Shown here piece by piece: positions 24,127-34,948 of a stretch of DNA of 64,000 bases. Each line of letters begins with the position of its first letter. Within the stretch, counting starts at the first letter, position 1. The notes below the pieces were generated by a model that made no database searches, was not told where the DNA came from, and was given only the letters and a program-made list of their open reading frames with translations. Location: positions 1 to 64,000 of the IMG/VR virus record IMGVR_UViG_3300043399_000297. One strand, 5' to 3'. The position numbers were made by a program, and so were the translations under genes.

Positions 24127-26952
24127 ATGGCAACCCTCTCACAGGTAACTGCGGCAGCAGAACAAGTAAATAACATATACAATCAATATATTCCTAAATT
24201 AGAGTCTATCATTTCGCAGATGAAGGCTATCAATCCCAATGAAACCGGGGCAAGCGCCAAACTAGAACAATTAGAACAACAATATCAATCTACTAAAAAT
24301 GAAGCTAATGCGGCTAGAAGCACAGCAAATTCTAACTTCAGTTCTTTGTATCAAACATTAAATCAGAGCGACAAAACTGCATTTGAAAACAGCAGTATTA
24401 AAAAAACAATTGATCAAAACAGTACTAAAGTAAATTCTTTGGGAAGTGAACACACTTCAGTATATAATAGTCAAAAAGACGCAATAGCAAAGAATAATGC
24501 AACAACCGCTAATGCCAGCTCTGGTACGAATACTACGGGAACAGATCAAGCTAAAACTGATGCCAATAATATAACTGGAGCTGCTGACGGTGATAATGCC
24601 GGCGATAAGACCGATCAGAAAAAAAATACTACCTCTTCGGATTCCGGTGGATCGAACACAACTGCAAAAAAGGAAGGCGGTTCCGGAATAACCCCATATC
24701 CCAATGAATTTTTTAACCCCTCGTTGAATGCAAGTCTACGCCCAGGTAGAAGACCAAATAATCCTTTATCAAATCTTGCAAGCTATAATTACCAAATAAG
24801 TTTATACATGATTACAAAAGATGCATATACTGCATTTGTAGAAGGAGGAATGAGAGATATTAACGCATTTGTGAATGCAGGTGCACCATTAAGTCAAAAT
24901 CCTGCTTCCTCTTCAATTAAAGGCGGGGCATATTTAATTGCGCAAAGCGGAGGGATGAAACCAAATGAACGTGTCCCGGGACTAGAATATGATTTTTACA
25001 TAGACGACTTAAAATTTGACCACCAAACGTTGCCAGAAACTGCTTCAAGTGTTTGTAATTTGAACATAGACCTTAAAATTATAGAGCCGTACGGATTTTC
25101 ATTCTTATCTAAATTGAAAAAAGCAAAGGATGAATTGCGTAAATATGATCCAAACATGCCTGATAAAATCGAAGCCACTTTTTATGTTTTAGGTATTCGT
25201 TTTTATGGGTGGGATCAAGGAGGAAGACAAGTTAAAGGTTCGGACATTTATGACGGTGTCCCAATTGATCCAAATTCAACTAGTACCTCGTTATTTGAAA
25301 GTTTTTATGCAGTAAGTATGACCGAACTTAAATTTAAACTTGATGGAAGACCGACTACTTATGAAATAAAAATGCAGGAACAGGCGATCACAGCGTTTAC
25401 TGTAAGAAAGGGTATTGTACCACAAAATATGTCTGGGTCAGGGGTCACAGTTCGTGATGTACTTTTAGGAGACGACGGAATTCTAACCAAATTAAATAAA
25501 GACTTAGTTAATTTTGTTAAGGATACTAATCCCAAAGTAAATCCTATGAAATATCAAATCGAGTGGTTAGGTGATGCCGATCTTATTGCTAATGCAACTT
25601 TTAGAGGTGATGCAGACACGCAAAAAAATTCAACGCCAGGTAGTACTGCAACTAAAACTAGCGAATCCAATGATGCAACAGCTATAAAATCACAGCCGCA
25701 AGTTAAATCAAAAACACACACTGCCGCAGCAAATGATCCAATAGTTAAGGTCATAGAAGATGTGGTTTTAAGAAGTAGTTATGTCGAAGATGCACTAAAT
25801 GTTAATTATACTGATGCAGCAGAAAATGACCCTAAGAGTAAAAGTGCCCCGAATGTTACTCCGTCGTACAATAAAGCAATTATGTGGTTTAGTATAAGTC
25901 CTAAACTTTCTAATATAGAATGGGTTGAAAAAATTCACGATTGGACGTATACAATAACTTATGTGATTCAAACTTATTTAATTCCGGTTATAGATAATCC
26001 ATATGTTAATAAAACAACAAAATATTATGGACCGCATAAAAGATATGAATACTGGTATACTGGAAATAATAAAGAAGTGTTGTCTTATGAAACTAGGTTG
26101 GACAATCTTTGGTATACCCTAGGACTAGGAGTTGTGCCAGGAAAAACGGACCAAGCGCAAGGGAATCAAACTAACAATTCTGAAGGTGCCGGACATGTGG
26201 CCCCAGGAACTCAATCTCCGGCAGTTACGGCCGGCGATGGTCATAGATCAGCCGCGGCTTCAAGTTTTAAAACTAGTCTTTTTGATCAAACTGCGTGGGC
26301 CAAAGCAGATATAAACATTGTGGGAGACCCTGACTTCTTAATGCAACCGACTATAACCGGCGTCAACCAAGTTTATAGTAAACATTATGGAGCAGATGGT
26401 TATACTGTTAATCCAACGGGTGGACAAGTTTTTATTGAAATAGACTTCAAAGAAGCAATAGATTATAGCTCAAGCTCAGTTACTGGGTTGGGTGAGGGAT
26501 ATGGAGTTGGTGGTACACTTTCATTGAATGAAAGTATAGCATTTACTAAAACTCCAAATGACTTGCAAACTCCTGATCCTGTGACAGGAAAACCGCTGGT
26601 TCAAGGAGTTAGCTACCAGCTTATAAATTTAAGTAGCTCTTTTTCAGGCGGAACATTTAAACAAACACTACACTGTAACATAAATTCATTTGGTAAAACA
26701 CCAACTGAAGCAACCAAAAACAATGTAGATGGATCAGTGGCCACTGATCCATCTACAGCGCCAGCAGCCAATAATACAAATACTACTGTCAGCGCCAGCC
26801 CGCCACCGGATAAATCAGTTGAGACTAAACAAACTTGGTATGGAACTGTGCCGGTAAAAGCACAATCTAATGTAACCACAACTCAAATCACTTCAGCCAC
26901 CGGAAATGCAGCTAACCCAGAAACTGCCGATGATGACGCCACTTCAAATTAA
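24127..26952 (+). CDS. Baseplate hub protein (gp27-like position)
   Basis: Between gp53 and gp5; I(I)EPYG and INIVGDPDF motifs, C-terminal FSGGTFKQTL strand. Confidence 0.6.
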   Translation: MATLSQVTAAAEQVNNIYNQYIPKLESIISQMKAINPNETGASAKLEQLEQQYQSTKNEANAARSTANSNFSSLYQTLNQSDKTAFENSSIKKTIDQNSTKVNSLGSEHTSVYNSQKDAIAKNNATTANASSGTNTTGTDQAKTDANNITGAADGDNAGDKTDQKKNTTSSDSGGSNTTAKKEGGSGITPYPNEFFNPSLNASLRPGRRPNNPLSNLASYNYQISLYMITKDAYTAFVEGGMRDINAFVNAGAPLSQNPASSSIKGGAYLIAQSGGMKPNERVPGLEYDFYIDDLKFDHQTLPETASSVCNLNIDLKIIEPYGFSFLSKLKKAKDELRKYDPNMPDKIEATFYVLGIRFYGWDQGGRQVKGSDIYDGVPIDPNSTSTSLFESFYAVSMTELKFKLDGRPTTYEIKMQEQAITAFTVRKGIVPQNMSGSGVTVRDVLLGDDGILTKLNKDLVNFVKDTNPKVNPMKYQIEWLGDADLIANATFRGDADTQKNSTPGSTATKTSESNDATAIKSQPQVKSKTHTAAANDPIVKVIEDVVLRSSYVEDALNVNYTDAAENDPKSKSAPNVTPSYNKAIMWFSISPKLSNIEWVEKIHDWTYTITYVIQTYLIPVIDNPYVNKTTKYYGPHKRYEYWYTGNNKEVLSYETRLDNLWYTLGLGVVPGKTDQAQGNQTNNSEGAGHVAPGTQSPAVTAGDGHRSAAASSFKTSLFDQTAWAKADINIVGDPDFLMQPTITGVNQVYSKHYGADGYTVNPTGGQVFIEIDFKEAIDYSSSSVTGLGEGYGVGGTLSLNESIAFTKTPNDLQTPDPVTGKPLVQGVSYQLINLSSSFSGGTFKQTLHCNINSFGKTPTEATKNNVDGSVATDPSTAPAANNTNTTVSASPPPDKSVETKQTWYGTVPVKAQSNVTTTQITSATGNAANPETADDDATSN

Positions 26953-26961
26953 GGATAATGT

Positions 26962-29900
26962 ATGCCAACAGATGTAAATTTTCCCATTACTAAACCACCC
27001 AAAATTCTATCTCCTCAAGGTGCCGGCGGAAATAGCAACACAACACCCTTGATCGGTGTTGTAAAGGACAATATTGATCCTACTAGATCGGGTAGAATTA
27101 GAGTAGCACTGCAAAGAGGAAAAGGCGCACAAGATCCTAATAGCAGCGAGGGATGGGTAACTGTCCAAAAACTCAGCAACTTTTTTGGATCGGTAGGGGG
27201 AGATGCGGGCACCGACGTTGAAGATCACGGAACTTATAAAACAAACCCAAGCTCATATGGAATGTGGCACGCTCCGCCGGATATAGGCACGCAAGTTGTT
27301 TGCATCTTTATTAACGGGGATCCTAATTATGGATTTTATATCGGTTGTATTCCTGAACCTGAAAAATTACAAATGGTTCCTGCTATAGGTGCAGTTGATA
27401 ACGTTACATTAAACGAAAGCGAAGCTAATAGTTATGGTGGTGCAACTAGATTGCCGACTACTAATATGAACGTAAACAACAAGAGTAAATCTGATAGCGC
27501 ACAATTTTTAGAGACAGCAAGACCTGTACATAGTTACACTGCAAGTATTATGATGCAGCAGGGTATATTGCGTGACGCGGTAAGAGGTCCCATATCATCT
27601 AGTGCAAGCCGAGAAACTGCAAGCCGAGTTGGCTTTGGCGTAAGCACTCCGGGCCGACCTATATACACCGGTGGCTTCGATGATACTAATTTACCTAAAA
27701 ACTTAGAAACCAGTAATAACGAGAAACTTCAAGTGGTGGCTCGTAGAGGCGGACATAGTATCGTTATGGATGACGGTGATGTTATTGGCCGCGATCAGTT
27801 AATCAGAATAAGAACTAGTCTTGGTCATCAAATAATGATGAGTGATGATGGTCAAACATTAATGATATTACATAGCAATGGTCAAAGTTATGTTGAGTTA
27901 GGCAAAGAAGGTACAGTTGATATCTATAGTACTAACAGCTTTAATGTAAGAACACAAGGGGATATTAATTTTCACGCCGACCAAGATATTAATATTCACG
28001 CAATGGAAAATCTAAACATACAAGCTAAAAATATTCATTGTAACAGTGAAGAAATGACTAAGTTCAGGGCCGGCAAAGATTTTAATGTCAATGCCTTAAG
28101 CAATTTTACTGCCAAGTCTGGGTCTGCTGCTGCAATATCAGCTGGTGGCGAAGCAAGTCTAGTAGGAGGTGGAGCTACTTTTGTTAATGGTGCTAAAGTT
28201 AATATCAATAGTGGTGCACCCGGACTTAATCCGCCCGAAGTACCTATTATCACATTAAACGCCCAACCAGATACACTGTTCGATGAAGAAAAGGGCTGGG
28301 CAGCAGCGCCTGGTAAATTATTGACTGTAACGAGCAGAGCGCCGGCACACGCCCCGTGGGCATCGGCAGGACAAGGAATAAGTATCAAGACTTCTGCTAG
28401 CGCGTCAGACAGCTTACCACCTACACCCTCAAATGCAGTGCAACAAGCTAATCAAGCAGGACAGAATGCAAATTCAACCCCTCCTTCTACTGCAACCGTT
28501 GCTAGTGTTCCACAAACCAAACCAGTTAGCCCTTCAGTCGATACGGGAACTACCGGATCAACATTAGCAGCGGTAGGCAAAGCAGCAGCCAACGGAGCGA
28601 CTGCCCCGGCTGTTCAAAAAGGTGCTGCTATTATTTCTAGCGGACAAAACCCAGCAGAAGGCGGGTCCACTGCAACTGTTGCCGCCGGAGCATTTGGTCA
28701 AACTGCAAAACAACTTGCTGATTCAGGTGTAATTAAACCCGGAGCTGATAAACTGATTAATGGTCTTGCAAGTGTTGCTCAAACTGCTGGCAAAGTAATT
28801 GGTGTAACTAAAATACTTAGTAACACGTTGTTTACTGGCCAACAAGGCGCGGAAACAATTGGTAAGTTCGCAACTAATGTTGAAGCTCAAGCCAAGTCAG
28901 TGATCAACACATTGCAAAAAGGACAAACGTTATTGACACAAGCCGGAGTAATTTCCGGTAAAGAAACTCCTACGCAAACAGCCGGGCTTGTCGTTGCGGC
29001 TGCGACTACAGGAGCGAACAATACAATTAATGCCGTTAAAGAGTCTGCTAACAAGCTTGCTGCAATTGGAAATGAAGTAACTGATTTCGGTGATGCTGTA
29101 GGAAATACTATTACTAAAGTTGGAGGGTCGATAGGTGGAGAAGTTGGCGCTACACTTAATAAGGTAAGCGACACTATTAACCAATTCTCAAGTAAAGCAG
29201 CATCAGTTACTAACGCATTAGGTAAAGCATCAAGTGCATTAAATGCAATAGGATCAGGATCTTCTGCTGCTGGACAAGCAGCGTCATTAGGAGGATTAGC
29301 AGGTATTGCTAATGCAGTAGGAGCATTGACAGGAGGCAGTGGTCCTAGTTTATCATCATTGATTAACTCAGTTAATGGTATTGCAGCAGGAGCATATGAT
29401 GCTATCAAGAATGGTTTCCCCAAACTAAAAGCCAATGTACCACAGAAACTATCTGCTATTGCTAAAGAAGCAGCCGCTAAAAGTGCTGCTACTGCACAAA
29501 CTACTACGAATGCAGCCAAGTCAGGTGGGCTAAGCAGTTTAGCTGGAGGTGTTGGAAAAGTATTATCTGGCGCAACTAGTGTCGTTAATACTATTACTGA
29601 GGGTACTAAAACTATTGAAAATACTATAGGCGGGGTCTCCGGCGCTATTAATAATGCAACCGCAACAAGTGGAAATAATAATAATGCGATTAGTGGTGTA
29701 ACTGGCGCAATCGAAACGGGACTGAATAAGCTTACAACCGGCGCACAACAGGTCTCGGGCGTATTATCCGATGCAGGAAATGTAGCTACGTCTCTATCGA
29801 ATATCACGTCCGGCGGAACTGGTAGTAATAGTGTGGGAGGGACATTATCTAATTTGGCTGGAGCAGCAAGTGATGTTACCGGATTCATTAATAAAGCAAC

Positions 29901-30936
29901 TGGCGCATTAGGCGATGTTACAGGCGGAGTTAACAAAGCGATCAACACAGTCAACGGTCTGGCTGGCGCAGGAGCTGCATTGAAGGGCGGACTAAGCGAT
30001 CTTGCAAACGCTGCCAAGAATGTACAAGCCGGGGGCAATGCTGCCAAGGCAGTGCTTCAAGCGGCCGGCATTAATAATTTACCCGGCGGACTTAATGCTA
30101 TCGCATCCGTAGCAGATAAAAAGAATGCTCCCGTACACATTCCGGGCGCAAAAGAATTGACTAACTTAGCAAATACTGTAGGGTCTGGATTAAATGCAGC
30201 TAAAGATGCATTGGGTAAAGTGGGCGACATTGCTGGTAAGGCTAGCGGAGTACTCAATCAAGTTTCAGGAGTAGCAAGTGACGTTTCTGGTGCAGTCGGT
30301 ACCGTTTCTGGTGTCGCCGGCCAAATTGGAGGAGCAGTAGGAGCGGCACAGGGAGCATTAGGAAATGCAACCGGCGATATCGGTAATTTAGCTAACAAAG
30401 TAACTAGTGTTGCTGATAAGTTAGGTGGAGTCGCTAGTGCATTAGGTGATGCAGGAAAGAAATTAAATGGAATTACATCATCAATAACCGGTGCATTGAA
30501 TTCCGGTGAAGCGTCCAGTCTGTTATCAAGTTTGTCTGCATTGGGCGCGGGCGGACCAAGTCCAATCAAATTACCAGAAGTGGGCTTTAATACATTTAAC
30601 AGAGATGGAATCACAAGTCAAGTTAATTCGTTGTTAGGAGATCCCGGTATTCCTAAGCCAAACTTGGTAGGGGAAGTCAGCGATGACACAGTAAACTCTC
30701 TAAATCAAAAAGTTGAAACATCAAGAGAAGCGATTAAGAAAGCAAATGATGAATTGAATCAAGCCATAGCTGATACGCAGATGGCAAAACAAATGGCAAT
30801 TAAGGCAATAGATCAATCTGCTTCACCAGAAAGTGATCCTAATGTTCAGAATTTGAAGAAAGCTTGGCAAGAAAAAGTTAAAATTATGAAGGAAAAAGCA
30901 GACAAGCTTGCAGCGTTAGAGTCGGCAGCAGCTTAG
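26962..30936 (+). CDS. gp5: Baseplate central spike (gp5/VgrG-like) with long Ala/Gly/Ser-rich C-terminal extension
   Basis: OB-fold motifs VKDNIDPTRSGRIRV and PPDIGTQV, GHSIVMDD/GHQIMMSD, beta-helix repeats. Confidence 0.82.
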   Translation: MPTDVNFPITKPPKILSPQGAGGNSNTTPLIGVVKDNIDPTRSGRIRVALQRGKGAQDPNSSEGWVTVQKLSNFFGSVGGDAGTDVEDHGTYKTNPSSYGMWHAPPDIGTQVVCIFINGDPNYGFYIGCIPEPEKLQMVPAIGAVDNVTLNESEANSYGGATRLPTTNMNVNNKSKSDSAQFLETARPVHSYTASIMMQQGILRDAVRGPISSSASRETASRVGFGVSTPGRPIYTGGFDDTNLPKNLETSNNEKLQVVARRGGHSIVMDDGDVIGRDQLIRIRTSLGHQIMMSDDGQTLMILHSNGQSYVELGKEGTVDIYSTNSFNVRTQGDINFHADQDINIHAMENLNIQAKNIHCNSEEMTKFRAGKDFNVNALSNFTAKSGSAAAISAGGEASLVGGGATFVNGAKVNINSGAPGLNPPEVPIITLNAQPDTLFDEEKGWAAAPGKLLTVTSRAPAHAPWASAGQGISIKTSASASDSLPPTPSNAVQQANQAGQNANSTPPSTATVASVPQTKPVSPSVDTGTTGSTLAAVGKAAANGATAPAVQKGAAIISSGQNPAEGGSTATVAAGAFGQTAKQLADSGVIKPGADKLINGLASVAQTAGKVIGVTKILSNTLFTGQQGAETIGKFATNVEAQAKSVINTLQKGQTLLTQAGVISGKETPTQTAGLVVAAATTGANNTINAVKESANKLAAIGNEVTDFGDAVGNTITKVGGSIGGEVGATLNKVSDTINQFSSKAASVTNALGKASSALNAIGSGSSAAGQAASLGGLAGIANAVGALTGGSGPSLSSLINSVNGIAAGAYDAIKNGFPKLKANVPQKLSAIAKEAAAKSAATAQTTTNAAKSGGLSSLAGGVGKVLSGATSVVNTITEGTKTIENTIGGVSGAINNATATSGNNNNAISGVTGAIETGLNKLTTGAQQVSGVLSDAGNVATSLSNITSGGTGSNSVGGTLSNLAGAASDVTGFINKATGALGDVTGGVNKAINTVNGLAGAGAALKGGLSDLANAAKNVQAGGNAAKAVLQAAGINNLPGGLNAIASVADKKNAPVHIPGAKELTNLANTVGSGLNAAKDALGKVGDIAGKASGVLNQVSGVASDVSGAVGTVSGVAGQIGGAVGAAQGALGNATGDIGNLANKVTSVADKLGGVASALGDAGKKLNGITSSITGALNSGEASSLLSSLSALGAGGPSPIKLPEVGFNTFNRDGITSQVNSLLGDPGIPKPNLVGEVSDDTVNSLNQKVETSREAIKKANDELNQAIADTQMAKQMAIKAIDQSASPESDPNVQNLKKAWQEKVKIMKEKADKLAALESAAA

Positions 30937-30953
30937 CCCGCGTTTGGTTAAAC

Positions 30954-30961
30954 AATAAATA
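30954..30961 (+). promoter_or_regulatory. Late promoter AATAAATA
   Basis: TAAATA core upstream of gp25. Confidence 0.55.
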
Positions 30962-31004
30962 GTTAAACGTTTGTCAAGCAATTTCTTAAAGTTAGGAGTA
31001 TAAT

Positions 31005-31508
31005 ATGGCTCAATACGTCGGTTACAGTTCAATAAATGCTTGCAGGCCCAAAACAACTAATGCCATACCAGGGTCAGCCGGCGGCACTGGTGGAACAGTG
31101 GGTCCTGGTGGCAATGGAGGCACCGGCGGGGTAGGAGGCCCGGGCGGAGGTCAGATAGGTATAAGCTCAGGAAACAAATATACTATCACTGACAATCCAT
31201 TAGTGTTACAAGACTTTATTAATTCGATGAATATTAGAAAAGGTTCCAAAGTAGGAAGACCTGACTATGGATCAGATATTTGGAATTATATTTTTGAATA
31301 CAATACGAGCGATACTCAATTTAGAATCGAGAACGAAGTACGTAGACTAGCAAGCCAAGATCCTAGAATTATATTGAACTACGTTAAGTCATATCCATAT
31401 GAAAATGGAATACTAGTAGAAGTTGAGATAGCTGTCAATCCATTCAACCAACCACAGACAGTTAACATTGGATTTAATACTACATTAAATGTTGCTACCT
31501 TGCTATAA
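31005..31508 (+). CDS. gp25: Baseplate wedge subunit (gp25-like)
   Basis: RKGSKVGRPDYGSDIWNYIFE and QDPRI motifs; AGGAG RBS. Confidence 0.88.
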   Translation: MAQYVGYSSINACRPKTTNAIPGSAGGTGGTVGPGGNGGTGGVGGPGGGQIGISSGNKYTITDNPLVLQDFINSMNIRKGSKVGRPDYGSDIWNYIFEYNTSDTQFRIENEVRRLASQDPRIILNYVKSYPYENGILVEVEIAVNPFNQPQTVNIGFNTTLNVATLL

Positions 31509-31524
31509 CCGTCTTTTTAGATAA

Positions 31525-31532
31525 GATAAATA
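31525..31532 (+). promoter_or_regulatory. Late promoter GATAAATA
   Basis: Recurrent motif 21 nt upstream of gp6. Confidence 0.7.
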
Positions 31533-31553
31533 TATTATCAAAAGAGTAAAACT

Positions 31554-34500
31554 ATGGCAACAAGTTCAAGACAATCAGCATTGTTCGGTCTCAATGACTG
31601 GAAGACTATTTACCAAACCTTCAACCAAGCAGATTTTCGCAGCTATGACTACGAAACATTACGTAAGTCATTCATTGATTACCTACAAACTTATTATCCT
31701 GAAACGTTTAACGATTATGTAGAATCTAGCGAATTCATTGCACTACTTGATGTTATTGCCTTTATGGGTCAAGGTCTTGCATTTCGCGATGACTTAAATG
31801 CTCGTGAAAATTTCATTGATACTGCTGAGCGTAGAGATAGTGTTATCAAGCTTGCTAATCTTGTTAGCTATACTCCAAAAAGAAACAATGCTGGTCAAGG
31901 TTATTTAAAAATCACCAGCATTCAAACATCACAAAACATCAATGACATTAATGGGTTGAATTTAAGTAATGTTCCTGTATTATGGAATGACCCTGCAAAT
32001 CCAAACTGGCTTGAACAGTTTAATACTATTTTAAATGCAGCAATGGTTAATACTCAAAAGATAGGTAGGCCGGGCAACGTAGCAGACATTGGCGGTGTCA
32101 CTACAAGCGAATATTCAATACAAATTCTCGACGGTGCGGTCCCAATCATACCGTTTACTTCTACTGTCAATAATCAAAATATGAATTTTGAATTGGTTAG
32201 TGTTTCAAGTGTAGACGAAGATTATGTATACGAAATTCCACCTGCTCCAAGTGGCAAGTTTAATTTACTATATAGAAATGACAAGCTAGGATTTGGAAGT
32301 CCCAACACAGGCTTCTTTGTTTACTTCAAGCAGGGAAGTTTGCAAACAAGCGACTTTACACAACAGCAACAAATTAGTAATCTAAATGTTGATATTAATA
32401 TTCAAGGTATTAATGAAACTGATACTTGGTTATATAAAATTAATAGTGATGGTACCAGAACTCAATGGAAGCAAGTAGAAAACGTTTATGCTGATGCTTA
32501 CTTGCAAAATGAAACGAGCTTAAAGCCAATATTCAGCGTCACATCAAGATTTAATGACCAAGTTACATATGTATTTGGTGACGGTGTATTCAGTGAAATG
32601 CCAGTAGGCAACTTTAGAGCTTATGTAAGAGCCGGTAATGCACTGACTTATACTATATATCCAACTGATATGAATGGACTCAGTGTTGCATTCAGCTATG
32701 TTTCACGATTGGGTAGAGTAGAAACACTTACCCTAGGACTAGCACTAACTGAAGTAGTCAATACTGCTCAGGCACGTGAACCAATTAGTGAGATTAAACA
32801 ACGCGCACCAACACGTTATTATACACAGAATCGTATGGTAAATGGTGAAGACTACAATAATTTCCCATATACACTATACAATTCAATTATTAAAAGTAAA
32901 GCTATCAATAGATCAAGTATTGGTGTTAGTAAAAATCTAGATTTACTCGATCCTACTGGAAAATATTCTAGCACTAACAGTTTTGGTAATGACGGAGCAC
33001 TATATCAAAATGAAGATGATGGTTTCTTATCATTAACAATTAACAATACCAGCGATATTATTTCATTCTTTACTGGACAATTAACTAGTGTGTTAGGACT
33101 TAATAGAGCCAACCAATATTACATTCAGCATTATCCCAGGTATACTATTACTGCACCACTACCCAGTGACGACAATAAAGTATATTGGAACACTAGCACT
33201 GTAGATACTGGAGTAGAGTCTGGTTATCTATATACCAAATCGGGAAGTTTAACTATACCGCAAAGCGTAGGAACATTCAGCACTGTCAATTTAAAGTATA
33301 TTACGCCAGGCGCTATTTGCAAGTTTGTTGCTCCTGATGGATTTTACTTTACTCCTGACAATAGATTGAAAGCAGGGATTGCACCTAGCTCAGAATATAC
33401 ATATATTTGGTCCACCGTATTAAATGTTGTAGGGGATGGATCAAATAATGGCAATGGTAATTTTGCTAATGGTTCTGGACCTATTAAAATGAATGGCTAT
33501 ATTCCAAACAACGTAGAATTAACAACAGTGATTCCTGCATTTGGAAACAACATCCCAACTGTGGTAATTCAAGAAGCAATATTGCGAATGGAGTTGAACG
33601 AGAACTTTACCTTAGTATTTGACAATAGTTTGTTAATCAATCAGCAACGTTGGTCTATTAGTACTATAGAAGATACAAATTATTTTGTTAGGTTCACTAG
33701 TTTAGGAAACAATAGATATAGTGTGACGTATAGATCACTTATTTACTATTTCGCAAGTGTTGCAGACACTAGATTTACATTCGCCAAAGATGAATTAGTA
33801 TATGATCCTTTCTCAGGAAAAATCATTCAAGACTTTATTGACTTGTTGCCTATTAATACGCAACCAAACTCTAGCACGGCATTTGGTAGAAACTTAAAAG
33901 TTAATATCTTGGGCCAGACAACCGAAAGCGATGGATATGTCAATGACTTTGAAGTAGAAGTTGCTGCCACTGATGTGAGTAATAGACAACTTATACTGAA
34001 CCCTGATTTCTTTACTGCCGTGACGGGATATGATTATTCTACAAATGCTCAGAATGTAGGAGTATATGTATTCTTCGAAACAGTACAAGATGCAATTAGT
34101 TTAACTAGGCAGTTTGTTATACCTAGTTCTGATGTAATTTATTCATATCAGACTATTACACAGATTGAAGTTAATAAGTATGATTATCCACTTGGTCAAT
34201 TGTTCTATGCGTACGGAGATAATAAGTTTTATAAGACTGTGCAAGACCAGACAGTAGTAACTCCTTACTATATTTTAGTTGAGCAGCCTCAGTATTCAGT
34301 ACAGTCAGGTAGGCAGGGATTAAGTTATCAGTATAAGCATAATGCTAATAATACTAATAGAATTGATCCGGCCACGACCAACATTATTGATTTATACGTA
34401 GTACCATATAGTTATTACACTCAATATGAAAACTACATTAATGATAGCACTAATACTGTTCCTGAACCCAATAAACCTACTCTTTCTGAACTAAGTCAGG

Positions 34501-34934
34501 CATATGGAAAAGTTCAAGATTATAAAATGTTGAGCGATGCTGTAGTCTTAAATAGTGTAGTATTCAAGCCCTTATTTGGTCCTAAAGCAGATACCGCATT
34601 ACAGGCTACAATAAAGGTTATTAAGGATAGTAAAACTAATGCAAGTGATAGCGAGATTCGTAGTGCAGTATTGGCCGCAATGAACAATTATTTCAATATT
34701 AATAATTGGAACTTCGGTGATACTTTCTACTTTAGTGAGCTTGCCGCATATCTACACGCTGAGTGCGGAGACTTAATTAGCAGTGCTGTACTCGTACCAA
34801 ACGACCCCAATAAACGATTCGGAGATTTGTATGAAATCAAATGTATGCCTTATGAAATATTTGTAAACGCAGCAACGGCTAACGATGTTTTAGTTGTACC
34901 CGCATTAACCCCAGCAGAACTACAAATTGCATAA
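31554..34934 (+). CDS. gp6: Baseplate wedge subunit (gp6-like)
   Basis: FNDYVESSEFIALLD, ENFIDTAERRDSV, FGDGVF, QNRMVNGEDY motifs. Confidence 0.9.
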   Translation: MATSSRQSALFGLNDWKTIYQTFNQADFRSYDYETLRKSFIDYLQTYYPETFNDYVESSEFIALLDVIAFMGQGLAFRDDLNARENFIDTAERRDSVIKLANLVSYTPKRNNAGQGYLKITSIQTSQNINDINGLNLSNVPVLWNDPANPNWLEQFNTILNAAMVNTQKIGRPGNVADIGGVTTSEYSIQILDGAVPIIPFTSTVNNQNMNFELVSVSSVDEDYVYEIPPAPSGKFNLLYRNDKLGFGSPNTGFFVYFKQGSLQTSDFTQQQQISNLNVDINIQGINETDTWLYKINSDGTRTQWKQVENVYADAYLQNETSLKPIFSVTSRFNDQVTYVFGDGVFSEMPVGNFRAYVRAGNALTYTIYPTDMNGLSVAFSYVSRLGRVETLTLGLALTEVVNTAQAREPISEIKQRAPTRYYTQNRMVNGEDYNNFPYTLYNSIIKSKAINRSSIGVSKNLDLLDPTGKYSSTNSFGNDGALYQNEDDGFLSLTINNTSDIISFFTGQLTSVLGLNRANQYYIQHYPRYTITAPLPSDDNKVYWNTSTVDTGVESGYLYTKSGSLTIPQSVGTFSTVNLKYITPGAICKFVAPDGFYFTPDNRLKAGIAPSSEYTYIWSTVLNVVGDGSNNGNGNFANGSGPIKMNGYIPNNVELTTVIPAFGNNIPTVVIQEAILRMELNENFTLVFDNSLLINQQRWSISTIEDTNYFVRFTSLGNNRYSVTYRSLIYYFASVADTRFTFAKDELVYDPFSGKIIQDFIDLLPINTQPNSSTAFGRNLKVNILGQTTESDGYVNDFEVEVAATDVSNRQLILNPDFFTAVTGYDYSTNAQNVGVYVFFETVQDAISLTRQFVIPSSDVIYSYQTITQIEVNKYDYPLGQLFYAYGDNKFYKTVQDQTVVTPYYILVEQPQYSVQSGRQGLSYQYKHNANNTNRIDPATTNIIDLYVVPYSYYTQYENYINDSTNTVPEPNKPTLSELSQAYGKVQDYKMLSDAVVLNSVVFKPLFGPKADTALQATIKVIKDSKTNASDSEIRSAVLAAMNNYFNINNWNFGDTFYFSELAAYLHAECGDLISSAVLVPNDPNKRFGDLYEIKCMPYEIFVNAATANDVLVVPALTPAELQIA

Positions 34935-34942
34935 GATAAATA
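34935..34942 (+). promoter_or_regulatory. Late promoter GATAAATA, 6 nt before the giant gene ATG
   Basis: Fills most of the 14-bp gap; no room for a Shine-Dalgarno. Confidence 0.7.
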
Positions 34943-34948
34943 TGATAT

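Noticed and set aside
28035-30614. Long minus-strand ORFs (e.g. 28887-30047) antisense to gp5
   Set aside because: Same shadow effect from low-complexity codons
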